From positions 1,116,001 through 1,180,000 of the forward strand of contig JBLDXI010000012.1 in NCBI GenBank assembly GCA_047495785.1: 64,000 nucleotides of DNA, in the 5' to 3' direction. The position numbers and the translations under genes are program-made. Shown here piece after piece: positions 22,976-34,831 of the stretch. This stretch comes from Lepidodermella squamata (Eukaryota; Animalia; Gastrotricha). The number at the start of each line of letters is the position of its first letter. The stretch's first letter is position 1. Below the pieces are notes generated by a model. It did not search any database. It had not been told where the DNA came from and worked only from the letters and a program-made list of their open reading frames with translations.

Positions 22976-24774
22976 TTAGTCTGATTCAGGATGACCTTCA
23001 AGCAATGTTTGAAGTTCCTCGAATGACGGTCGATCATTAGGAATTTTATTCCAGCAGATTTTGATGATGTCATCGTAAATCAAGTCGGGGCATTTATCAG
23101 GCTTGGGTAGCCTCAATCCATTCGTAACTTGAATTATCACATCAGCATGGTCCAGAGAGTCATAGGGCTTAGTTTTACATTCTATTGAAATTTAACGAAT
23201 CGAAACCTGAATCAATTTATATTGAAAATTTACCTGAAAATACTTCCCACATAACTACGCCAAAAGACCAGACGTCACTTTTCGAAACGAAAGTGAACTT
23301 GTGAAAAGATTCAGGTGGATGCCATCTGATCGGTATCAAACCAGTATTAGTCATTTTGTAGTAGAGCTCAGGGCTTTCCAGCTTTCGAGACATGCCAAAA
23401 TCTGATATCTTCAACGTGAAATCATCCGAAACTAAAACGTTGCGACAAGCCAGATCTCGATGCAAACAGTTCTTCGATGAAAGGTACACCATCCCGCGGC
23501 AAATTTGTTGACAATAACCGAGCAATTCGTTGAAAGTCGAGGTTGAGGCATCTGTTTCAGCTTTCAGCCTCAGGAAATTATTTAAATTTCCCCTAGCCAT
23601 GAATGGCACAATAATGCTGGGCATGTTATACAAAGCCGCTACGCCGATGAGGGGTAACACATTTTCATGGTCGAAATCTTTCATAAAAACAGCCTCCTTA
23701 ACGAATTGGATAAGACCGTCGTTATTGCCGGGTTTCATAGATTTGACAGCAACCATCATCTCATCTCGAGCGGGTTGTTTCAAGCTTGCTTTATGGACTG
23801 AGCCGAACTCGCCTTGGCCGATTAGATCGCGGATTTCAATCCATTCGGAGCAGATGTCAATGCCCTCTATGGATTGAACGAGTTCATCGCAATCTGGCAG
23901 AGACGAGAGAAGGTTGGTGAAATCACTCATCGCTGTTATGTATTTCGAGGACGTCGCATGTTCGGAGCCGCGAGTCAGAGATAAAATGATGCGCTTCTTC
24001 TTCACTGCAGAGCGGTGCTTCACGCAGTAAATTGCCAAAGCTATAGATAGGCCGATGATAATGGCAACTGATGGGATAATTGTCGCTAAATAAACTGAAA
24101 AAAACGGTTTGCTAAAATAATATTTTTTTATTTTCTCAACCTGTTAAACGATCTTCTGGATCTGGATCGAAAGATGTCTGAGTATTGTCATTCTTAATGG
24201 TTGTTGTAGTTGATGGAGGAAGTTTTACTGGTTGAATGATGACCATTGGACAAGGTTGGCCCTCAGGCATCGACAGGCAAGCTGCAGTCTGCCTTATCCA
24301 ATTAATTTTCGGAATTATGCTCCGAAATCTCAATGGCAGGCCGTCTTTGCACTCAAGGTTGATCTCTTTCAGGAAAATTCCGATCTAGATTTGTTAATGC
24401 CAATCGTTAATTATAGGCAGGGTAACCTTGGACTCATCGTCGGAGTTTAAAGTTGGAAACATGAGAAATTGTGCATAAAATCGAGACGATCGGAGCTAAA
24501 GTCGATTTTAGAAAATTTTGCAAGCTGTAAAATGTCGATTTGTGACACCCCTCCAATATCTTGGCAATAATCGAATATTTCTGCAAAATTCGGCATGGGT
24601 ATTCTGAATTGGATGGAAAAATAAATTCTGACGGTGGAATTGTAAGAATACACCTTTTCCATCAGCAATTTGCCACGGCACAGTTGGCGTTTGCCGTTCT
24701 ATTTTTAGCACGAACTTGTTCACGTGAATGATGGCTGTTATTTTTTGCGTCTCCTTCGTCGTCGTATTCCACTT
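22976..24774 (-). CDS. Receptor tyrosine kinase with a short unrecognised ectodomain (5' exon structure uncertain)
   Basis: TM segment IIPSVAIIIGLSIALAIYCV-KHR, then GQGEFG, VAVK, HRDLACRN, KISDFGMSR, PIRWHPPE and SDVWSFG. The last exon ends ..CWNKIPNDRPSFEEL..* at 22976. Confidence 0.85.
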
Positions 24775-25759
24775 CTATGGCAATGTTGGTAATGAATGAA
24801 TTTTATTGCTCTTGGCTCTGGGTAGAGGCAAAAAATACGGAACGCGCCAACATTTTATTACACTGATGTCGCTAAATTCGATCTCAAATTAATTATTATT
24901 GATTTTTTGATCGAATTTCTCGAAGGCTGGTTTATTGAATCACTCAGAAATAATTATATTAATTTCTGATTTATCTGACATCATCAAATTTCAACTCCTG
25001 CTGTGCAAACGCGCTAGCTTGAATTTTTTTACAAATATTTCTAGTTTTGAAACGCTTCCGATTGGCAGTTTTTTACCCGTACAAAAGCCACTAAATACTG
25101 AGGTTTGAAAGGGTCGAAAGTGAGAATCGAAGTATTGAGTGTTCAAACAATAAAAACCATCTGACACTCGGCTAGTTTTATTATTCATTAGTGGAAATTC
25201 AAGGCGGGTTAACAAGAAAAATGAAGTTTTTGTTTGTACTTGTGGCATGCAATAGTTTTTAATGAAATTCTTCCGAGATTTCAAAACTATCCCCATTATA
25301 TTGCCCAACAATTTTTAATTTTTCGGTACTCAGATGGAATTAGCAGATGTTCTTTGTCTAATAAATAATCGCTATTTAGCTGACTGAAATTAATTTGTAA
25401 ATTTATAAAATTTGAAGTGAAATTCTGTCATCTGGTAATAAATTACGTTTGCTCTTTAAATTTTACCCCGTCTATTGTTTCATTCAAGTACAAATCGCAA
25501 ATTTCTGCGCAAATTACATAATGAAATTAGCGCAACCGATATCGGCGTAATAAAAATGTGTCGCGTGCCCTATATTTAGCTACTGATCAGTGCCAAAAGC
25601 CATAAAATTCATTCATTACCAACATTGCCTTAGAAGTGGAATACGACGACGAAGGAGACGCAAAAAATAACAGCCATCATTCACGTGAACAAGTTCGTGC
25701 TAAAAATAGAACGGCAAACGCCAACTGTGCCGTGGCAAATTGCTGATGGAAAAGGTGTA
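24649..25759. repeat. Inverted duplication with 158-bp arms at 24649-24806 and 25602-25759
   Basis: The arms differ at one position that I could see (gccatag vs gccttag), while flanking homology is much more diverged. Confidence 0.85.
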
Positions 25760-25829
25760 GGTAAGAAATCGGAAAAATTTATTGAATTAGACGACTATCT
25801 GATGCGCCATCTCTGTTCCAAATTATATA

Positions 25830-26525
25830 CTCTAATTATCGACTCGATATCAAGGGCGAATTTCAAGGTGAATTTCAAGGGTGAATCTTAAAACTGTTGA
25901 ATATGCAAATGAGCGTCCAAAATTATCTGATCCCTAATTATCCTTATTTTCCTACACAAATTTAAGAAAAATCAGGAAAAAGATGAAAATGCGTTTCCTT
26001 ATACTTAGGACATCAGGGGATAATTGTTTACAAACTTCTAAAAAATTCAAAATCATACCCACTAACGTCTAAATTGACATTTTTAATGCAAAAAGCAGTG
26101 CATAGAATTTTCGACAATTTTCCTTCTTTATTGTAATAATAAATAACAAATTCGACAATAAAGAAGGAAAATTTTCGAAAATTCTATGCACTGCTTTTTG
26201 CATTAAAAATAACGTCTAACGTTTAAGAAAACGCATTTTCAATTTTGTCATGATTTTTCTAAAACTTTTGTAGAAAAATTTTGCGGGGCGCTCATTTGCA
26301 TATTCAAACAAAGGTTTCGTGAGTTTCAAGATTTGCCCTTAAAATTCATCTTGAAATTCGGCCTTGGGGTCAATACATATAAAATTCGATTAATATAAAG
26401 AAAGTACTACACTAATAATAGAAAATGTTCTTGCTACGTACTTTTTCCTTTATTAGTGTAGTACTTTCTTTATATTAATCGAATTTTATATGTATTGACC
26501 CTTGATATCGAGTCGATAATTAGAT
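25830..26525. mobile_element. Compound foldback: a CAAGG...CCTTG palindromic MITE (about 25850-26366) inside one arm of a second palindromic element
   Basis: Outer arms are tctaattatcgactcgatatcaa and ttgatatcgagtcgataattaga. A near-perfect hairpin spans 26367-26500, and the inner element has a hairpin centred near 26140. Confidence 0.75.
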
Positions 26526-26590
26526 TGAGATTGAAATTGATTATTCTAAAAATTGTGTGGGAAAATCATGAATAATCTTGTCCGCCCTTG

Positions 26591-29500
26591 TTAAAATATC
26601 TGATTTTTCGAGCAACAACTTATTATTAACCTTAGAAGCAAGTGCATGGATTGGTCTGGAATATCTCTCATTACGGTATTAGCTAAGAATTGTAAGAAAA
26701 GTAATACCAGAACATATCGTATGCCAAATCCTGTCATATTGTCGCTTCGAATCGTTAGGAGTAACGGCGACCCTTCCGCCACTTGACACGGCGAGTAACT
26801 CGCCGACCCGCCCAAAAAACAAATCTCCTTCCGAGGATCAAACCCAACATTGTTCAAACGCCGCGAGCACTCGCTGTCGGATAAGACGACTCCAGAAGCG
26901 TAGCGATATTCAGTCAGGCTATTTACGTAGTTATTGATGCCGACGATATCAGCTGCGGACGACCACATCACATCCTGATCGCAGAATCGCGGCAAGCAGA
27001 TCGTGTTGGCTTTCGGAGATGTTTCGGCAGAAAGTCGGACGATGGAAATGCCATCAGTACGCGCTGCTCTCAACGAATCGTTCCAATGATTCTCGCAAGT
27101 GGACGAGGTTATAATTGTCCTGTCATCGATCAGCGCTGCGAAACATGGCGTGGGAGATTCTTTGTCCTCGGGAAAAATCAAGAAAGGGAACTGGCTTGGC
27201 CAAGCGCTAGCGGGGTACCGGGCTGGCTGGGCTACTGGAAAACTAAGTTCCTTCAAGCAAATACCACAAACCTCGCGAGTAGCAAGGAATCGAAAACCCT
27301 CCTGAATTTGAAACAGATCTTCCAGAGACAATTTTGCCTCGTAAATCGTCACTCCAGCAATAGCGTCATAACCATTTTGGATGGTCACTGATAGTTTCGA
27401 AGATTTCCCAACTACAACACCCTCTGCTTCTGCCCACCAAATTCGAGGAACTCCCTCGGGAGGATTAAGCATAGTTGCAACTTGGCTATGATTGTTATAA
27501 ATTGTCAACCAATTTTCACCAGCTGAAAATACAATGCCGATAAACGACCATTCCCCAGCCGAGACAATGCCAGGGGCTGAAATTAATTCATTCGAGTTCT
27601 TGAAAGCAAGCACCAGATTATCCGGTGCTTTGTAGCCGATATGAAGTGAGTCGGGTAAAATCTCCAATATTCCACCGAACGTGTTCAATTTGTTTCGATT
27701 GAAGTAGAAAGCGAGAGAGAATCCTTCCGTTGAGCGAATAGGTTGTTTGAAGTCACGAATAGTAAAAATTTCGCCTGTGAATAATACACCGACCTTTCGA
27801 CGAAAAAGCCCTTCTGTTAACACGACGGGGTAAATTTCAACATAGCTGGCTACTAGCCTTCGCGGGCCGATGTCAACGTAGAAGTTTTGAGATGTTAGAG
27901 GCCAAAAGCCGACGAGAGCAAAAGATCTCGGCAAAACAATGCCTAAATTTTAGAATTTTACATTAAATTTCATAAAAAAAATTGGATATTCGTAAATAAG
28001 TAAGTATGAGTTTTCGTCTATTCGTACTTGGAAGGGGTTCCGGGAGCGGATAATTGAAAATAATTTGTTGCACAAAATATTCTGCGTTTGAAACCGAGTA
28101 AAGATAATACTTCAAATGGTTGAAAAAAACGATCTGGCCTTATCTTATTTGCTGTGAAAAATGCTGATTTTCGTTAGATTTTACCATTACAACTGAATCT
28201 TGAGCTTTCTGACCTTTCTGAAAGGTTCCACTGCGACTTTATCACCTGAAAATGCTCTACTGGAATCGCTCTTTCCAACTAGGTGAAGTATTAGCTTTAC
28301 TCGGTTTCAAACGTAGAATGTTTTGAGCAAAACATTTTCAATTATCCGCTCCTGGAACCCCTTCCAAGTACGAAAACGCGTACTTTTTTAAGCGCAAATA
28401 TACCGACCCTTAAAAATCACAAAAAATATAGATTAATTTCAATTTATTCCATTAATTTGATTTGTATTTTTAGATGAAGCTCTGGGTAAAAAATACCTTG
28501 AGATACCCGTTGAATAGAGAAATTTCCACCTTTCTGTGCTTCGCTCAGCTGAGATAAAACATTTTCTTCACTCAAATCAGCGTTGTATTTCAGAGGTTTT
28601 GTTATTGCAAAAACCACGGATGCTTCGACGGGACATTTCAGACTTGAAGCAATCGAAGGAACGTAAGGCTTGAGGGCTTCGCTAGAAGGTCCGAAGTTGT
28701 TTTTGACCTAATAGATTATTTTAAAATTATTCATGGCCATTTTATTCAAGATTTTAATACCCATAGCAGGGCTTGATTTCGGACAGTGGCGTAGTCGTCG
28801 TTTTTGGGATTTTCCCAGCTTCCAGTTGAATTGCTTCCTCCAGTTACACAGACTGTTCCTTGAATTTTGACTTATCGAAATAAATTATTTCAATTGATTA
28901 GGATCAAAATAGTTTCAGCTTACCAGGCAGCTCAAACGAAGCCAGATCCTGGCTAGACTTACACCTCTCTATTACATCTTCTATTTGCTTTCTTGTCAAA
29001 GTTTCATTGTAGCTTAAAAAGCACGATATCGCCTCAAGTATGGTTACGCCAAAATAAGTTGGGTTGACCTTGGGCCTATTGTTGACGTAACCTAAATTCA
29101 TGGAGCTGTACTCACTGGGGATATTGTCTTCAATCAATTCTGCCAAGTTGATATCAGCAACTTTTTTGAGCGTGTAATGCGGCTCAACGCCAAGGTACCC
29201 AACAAGCTGTTTGTTCGCCGTGAAAACAAAGGCGATAAAATGCCACGTTCTATTCAAATTCCAGGCATCGTAAACATAACTTGGCTTCATAATATCGGAT
29301 TGGACACTGTTCTTTCGAACTGTAAATAGCAGCACGTTTTTAGATGGCTCCAGACTAATCTCGACAATGTAGGATGAGACATAAAATGTCGCAATGCCAA
29401 CTTTTCGATGATCGATTGTGTCGCTGTAGAAAAAGAAGGCGGAGGTCTGTTGTCTTGATGAAAACACGCCATTGCGCATATAAATGGCATCCATCGTTGT

Positions 29501-29719
29501 AGAGTCTAAATCAACTCGGGTTACGGCAAACGCGCTGTTCAGGTAACCAAAGGGGCCGGCCTGTTGCCACGGTGCGGCGTAACGGTTGATCGATGTAGAG
29601 CTGACGGCCGAGGCATTGCTGATGTCCTTAGCGCCATACTTGCTGTCATAGGGAACATAGACTACAAGAGAGGCGCCGGTCACCTGTACCCATAAAATTC
29701 CTAGTAGGGCCACATTCAT
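26591..29719 (-). CDS. Secreted protein with two LamG/concanavalin-like domains and a degenerate (non-catalytic) trypsin-like domain
   Basis: Signal peptide MNVALLGILWVQVTG. Two modules contain TWHFIAFVF and EWSFIGIVF with TLTRKQI and KLSLEDL ends. They are followed by VCG..WP..CFAALIDDRTIITSSTC..TICLP..EICF..PCQVAEGSPLL. Confidence 0.65.
27982..28409. mobile_element. Family A TIR element in an intron of the LamG gene
   Basis: About 95-bp inverted arms at 28021-28114 and 28284-28373; the right end reads ...ataccgaccc|TTAA. Confidence 0.75.
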
Positions 29720-29905
29720 CTTAGCAGAAAATTGTGTAATTACAGTTTGTGATAAGCATTCGGTAAATCTGCTGTAATTAAACCGATTTCAATCTGGCAA
29801 CCGAGAATATTTATTATAGGTCAAAATTAGACGGAAAATCCACGCATAAGTAATAATTCCAATTTTCGGTAGTGAAAAATTGCGTTTTATATGGCAGATT
29901 TTTTT

Positions 29906-30363
29906 TCACAGGTGAAATTGAGATAGAACACTGGCAACTCGTTCCATTTTGGCAGCATCCGTTAGATCAACGTTGAGCTTGGCTCTGTCTTGAATAAAAC
30001 CAATCCATCCGTCCTCGTGATCGAAGCCAGCTTGCAAGTTGATCGTGATAACAGGTTTATTCTTCGAATTCACAGCATCAACAACTTCCTTCCGGCAACT
30101 TTCGTTGAATTTAAAGTCGGAGCAAACGAATGCTACGACAACATCGGCTTCGTTTAATCTCTGCAAATAAATTTGGAAATTAACGAATTGTAGCGTAAAT
30201 TAGTTCAAACCTCATTGATTTCGTCGCTAACTTGCTTATTGGTATTGAATTTATCCAAAAGCCATACGTCGATACCTTTCTGGGCTAAGAGTTTCGCTAA
30301 TTTAGCAACATCAGCCGGCCGATATTGCTTGGCGTAGCTGAAGTAAAGCTTGCGAATTGCCAT
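29906..30363 (-). CDS. Stand-alone TIR-domain protein (135 aa; exons 30363-30211 and 30160-29906)
   Basis: MAIRKLYFSYA..LAKLLAQKGIDVWLLD..INERLNEADVVVAFVCSDFKFNESCRKEV..KNKPVITI..GWIG fits the TIR_2/SARM-like pattern. Confidence 0.85.
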
Positions 30364-31054
30364 CTAATTTTTAACCCACTAAAATAACAGATGAACTAAT
30401 TTTTCCAGAAAAAATGGGCTGGAAAAGAGGGACCATCGCGCTGTATTATAAAAAAGGCCTCTATTATTCTCAATGAATGGATCCGGTGCGTAAAAAGCAC
30501 GCGTAATTTACCTTGAGACACACATATGATATAGCGCTTGCTATTCATCTCGGTAAGGTGGTATGCGGTCGAAAAAAATTCTTCTTGCGAGAGACTAGCG
30601 CGAAAAATCTATCGAATTTGTTGTTTTTACGTATTGATTTTCCTCTAGGCGTTCTGAATATCTGTTTTATTATCATTAAGAACTTGAGTTTTTTTCAGAT
30701 TTTTTTTAATATACGGCTGATTTTTGAAGACTCAATTTTCTTTTATTCTCATTTTTCAGTCTTTGGTTCGGAAAAAAAACAAAAATAAAAGTTTTTATCT
30801 GAGAAATGTTTGTGAAAATCTGAATAAAGGCGAAGGTGTGCGTCATTAATTAATAATTACGACAAAAACGTGATGTGTTTGAATAATAAATGATCGCCAA
30901 GTTTTTTATTGCAGAATCAATAAGCTGCACATGGAAAATCTCATTTGCTAATCTCTTCGCAAATGAATCGCACCTGTGCGTGTAATATTCGAACCCGTGT
31001 GTTCGAGCGCGATAATGCACCTATCATAGACAATAGTTTAGATTTCTAGACAAA

Positions 31055-32229
31055 ATGGTAACGATTGCCAGAACGCCGTCGACAGCAGATGGGCCCGTTA
31101 TCTACATCAGCCACGCCCCAGATTTCGATGCAGAAATCGGCCGAAAATTAGCTCAATGGTTGAGGGCGACGAAGCGCTTCAAAAAAGTTGAATTGCCAAA
31201 AGGAAGCACGATTCAGTCGTCGAAATTATCGGCATCTAATGTAAAAAAAAAAATCCCAGTAATCCGCCTTAAAATTTGCAATAAAATTATTTTCAGGGCT
31301 TGCAATACGCTGATTTGGTTCTTATCTGCTACAACAATTCATATTGTTTGGACGAAAATTGCATGAAAGAGTTTCATTTTGCTCATAACAAGAAAATGCC
31401 GATGTTACTGCTCGACACTGAACAATCAATGAAGAACAAGCCTAATACCGAAATTTTATACCGAATCGATTTGCAAAGAAATCTCATCGACGTCGATTTC
31501 TCCAATGGAATCAAAGAATTCGAGAAAATCCTAAACTCAATCATCCGACTGTTGAACTGTGAACTTTTCGACGAATATTCCCTCTACAAATTCACATGTG
31601 TTATCGACGTCGCTGATCGGCTTGGTTTCGAACCGATCTTCCCACTCGCCCTCGTCGTTGTAGGAGACAAAAAAGAATCTGAGAAATTCTGGCTTTACAA
31701 TCCTTTGATCAACAACAATGCATTTCGCTTGAAGAAAGACGAGCGGTTGAAGTTGGACCTTGAGTTCAACGAAGATATCGGCAAGCCGTTAACAGTTCGC
31801 GTTGATCATTATGTTTACGGCGGTCAACATCTCGATATCAGTGCGTTTCTCGAGGCTATAGAGCTTACACCGTGTTTCCAATTGGGGGTTAAGCATGAAT
31901 TCTCGTTTGGTACAAAAGGATCGTCGTTGTCATGGTCAGATGGCGATTGGCTAATTTCATGGCTATGCATCGATGATCAACTTCGCATGGAAGCTCAATT
32001 TAGCTTGGTATTCTGTGGAGTTTATGGGGAATCTCAGTCCGAGTTAATCGATGTGATGCTGAGACCTGGCGCAAGTGATTTTCATCTCGTGTCTCTGCAA
32101 GAAAATATTGGGAAGTTCTTGAATATCCGGATGAGGTGCAGCGAACCTGCTAGTGATGTTTTAAAAATTGTCTACCTCAAACTTCATCACCTGAAAACCA
32201 AGACAGATTATATGTTCAATTATGGCTGA
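31055..32229 (+). CDS. TIR domain plus two putative PLAT/LH2 domains (372 aa; exons 31055-31240 and 31297-32229)
   Basis: TIR part reads VIYISHA...GLQYADLVLICYNNSYCLDENCMKEFHFAHNKKMPMLLL. Two beta modules follow: LVVVGDKKESEKFWL..EDIGKPLTVRVDH..FLEAIEL and LVFCGVYGES..RPGASDFHLV..ENIGKFLNIRM..YMF. Confidence 0.75.
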
Positions 32230-32285
32230 TATTAAAATACATTTTCGGAAACTGAATTCAACTGAATTTCACACTCGAGCAATTG

Positions 32286-32452
32286 TTCACGTGAAAGTCA
32301 TTTCACGTGGCCTTTGACCTTTGGATTGACACCAAATAAAAAATAGCATCATAATAAAATCAGCAGGTGATCTGGACCCATTGTTGTTGCTATTTTTAGC
32401 ATGTCTCACCCGTGCCGCAGCGCGCGCCAAAATCCGAACAAGCGCTATAAAA
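32286..32452 (+). promoter_or_regulatory. Promoter of sHSP A2: two CACGTG E-boxes, a DR1-like motif, a MEF2-consensus site and a TATA box
   Basis: ttcacgtgaa and ttcacgtggcctttgacct; CTATTTTTAG at 32390-32399; TATAAAA at 32446-32452. Confidence 0.55.
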
Positions 32453-32558
32453 TCCGCTTGAAACACGGGGCCAATTCATCATCAATCAATAGCAATTTCT
32501 CAGCTTTCTAGCTTTCGTTTTGTCATATTTTTCCGCTCGTGTCTAATCACCTACAAAA

Positions 32559-34093
32559 ATGGCCTGCTCTTTCGCTAACAACGCTTCGTCCGTCCTGTCG
32601 GCTGGTTTCGACGGTCTTGCTGCCAAGCTCGGCCAATACAACCAATCTGGTCTCGCTGGCATCAACGCCGCCTCGGCTGCCACTGGCTTTGGCGCCAACA
32701 GCAACGTCTTTGGTGGTGTTCTCGGCGGTAACGTCAACAACTGGGCTGGTGCCTACAACAACGGCCTCGTCGGCGGTCAGATCAACGCCAACAACGCCGC
32801 TGCTCAGGTCGGCGCCAAGATCGGCGCCCTGATCGGCCAGGAGTACGGTGCTCAGCTGGGTGCTGCCATCGCCGGCCAGCTGAACGCCACCTTCGGAGCC
32901 CAGTGGGCCGCCCAGCTGGGAGCTGCCTACGGCGCCGAGGTCGTCGCCGAGTTGGGTGCCCAACTGGCCGTCTTCGCCGCCGCCACCGGATTCGGCGTTC
33001 AGTCGACCGCCCAGCAGGGTGCCCAGTGGGGTGCTCAGGCCGGTGCCCAGTTGGCCGCTGTTCTGGCTGCCAAGCTCGGCGGACAGGCTGCCGCTGCTGG
33101 TGCCTTCTTCGCCAACAACCAGGCCGTCGCTCAGATCGGCGCCGCGATCATCTCGCAGGCTGGAGCCAAGCTGGGTGCTTGCGTCGCTGCCCAGATCAAC
33201 GGCGGCGCCCTCAACAACGGTGTGTTCGGTGGCCTGAACAGCTACAACGCCAGCCTCTTCGGTGGCAACCAGCTGAACAACTTCGGTGGTGCTTTCGGCG
33301 GTAACGTCAACAACTTGGCTGGTGCCTACAACAACGGCCTCTTCGGTGGTGCCAACAACAACTTCTCTGGCCTCTTCGGTGGCAACGCTGCCTTCAACGG
33401 TCAGATCGCTGGCAACTTCGGCGGCCTCTTCGGCGGTGCCAACACCTTCGCCAACCAGGCTGGTCTCTTCGGCGGCAACATCAACGGCCTCGCCAACTCG
33501 CAGGCTGCCGCCGACAAGCTGTACAACATCGCCTTCCGCCCGTCCAGCCAGGCCGAGCTCTACACCCTGACCAACCCGGTGCAGTACGTCGACAACCAGG
33601 GCAACCGCCAGCTGTTCCTCGCCTTCGAGCTCAAGGGCTTCAAGCCTGAGGAGGTCGCCGTCACCCTGAACAAGGCCGAGCGCGCCGTCGTCGTCGAGGC
33701 TGCCCACGAGGCCAAGGACGGCAAGGAGCACACCGTCGCCCGCAAGTACTCGCGCAAGTTCGTCCTGCCCGAGGTGAGCTATTGAATCATTTCCAACTTG
33801 AAATGCTAATTTTTCTTTATTTTCAGACCCTCGCCAAGGTCGACCTGGCCAAGGTTGAGCTCAAGTCGCAGCTGAACGCCAACGGCTTCCTGACCATCGA
33901 GGCCGAGCTGCCGAAGCTGAGCGCCGAGGAGATCGCCAAGCTACCGGTTTCGTCGTCCCAGCTGCTCACCGCCGCTGCCCTGAACAACAGCAACGTCTAC
34001 GGCAACGTTTTCAGTGGCAACAGCCAGTACGGCAACAACGTCTACGGCAACATCGCCAATGCCGTCAAGCCCGTCACCGTCAAGACCGCCTAA
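32559..34093 (+). CDS. Giant sHSP subtype A, copy 2 (493 aa; exons 32559-33773 and 33827-34093)
   Basis: Near-identical to copy A1 apart from indels in the FG/N-rich repeats; same intron position. Confidence 0.92.
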
Positions 34094-34831
34094 ATAACCT
34101 ATAAATTGAAGCATCTCAAACTTGAAAAACTTTCATGCATGATATTGGTGTGCTTATGTTGCACGATTATGTTCATCTGAATTGAAACACGGTCTAAAAT
34201 ATTTCAATCGCAATAAAAGTGTTGTGCAGATTTTAATGAGTATACAATGACAATCGACCTATTTGGAGGCCTGAGGATGACCCATGTCGGAGGTGACTGG
34301 CATAAGAATTTTTCAATCTTAGTTGGAGCTTTGAGGACTGATTTAGACCATATTTACAGGTAACCTCAAATTACAAGGCATTAACACACAACATAATATG
34401 TTGTATAGGTCTCCATTGCTCAGAATAATTTCGATAGCCTGATAGCATGCACTTTTCCGCTCCATTAAAAATCTCTAATGCGGTTGTTTACAAAGCTAAG
34501 CCAATAAAAATGTTTCGCAACCATTCATAGCCCGAAAATTACTTAGGCCTTTATCAATAGGTAGAAATAATAAATGCACCTCAATTCCAGTGCAAATGTC
34601 TTTTAGCGCCTAAATTAGTCTGCAAAATACACGATACACCCATTGAGAGATAGTAATCAGAAAGAAAAATATCTCGTCGTTGCCAGGTTGTCGGCTCTTA
34701 CCATTTCAATGGCTATTCTCCTATTAATAAGGGAGAAAAATTAATATCAGCCCTACCCGTTGATTAAATTTCGTCATTTTTGCCGTGTTAAAAAGATTGT
34801 TTTTTTCTCGAATTTCCACATCATCGTGTAA

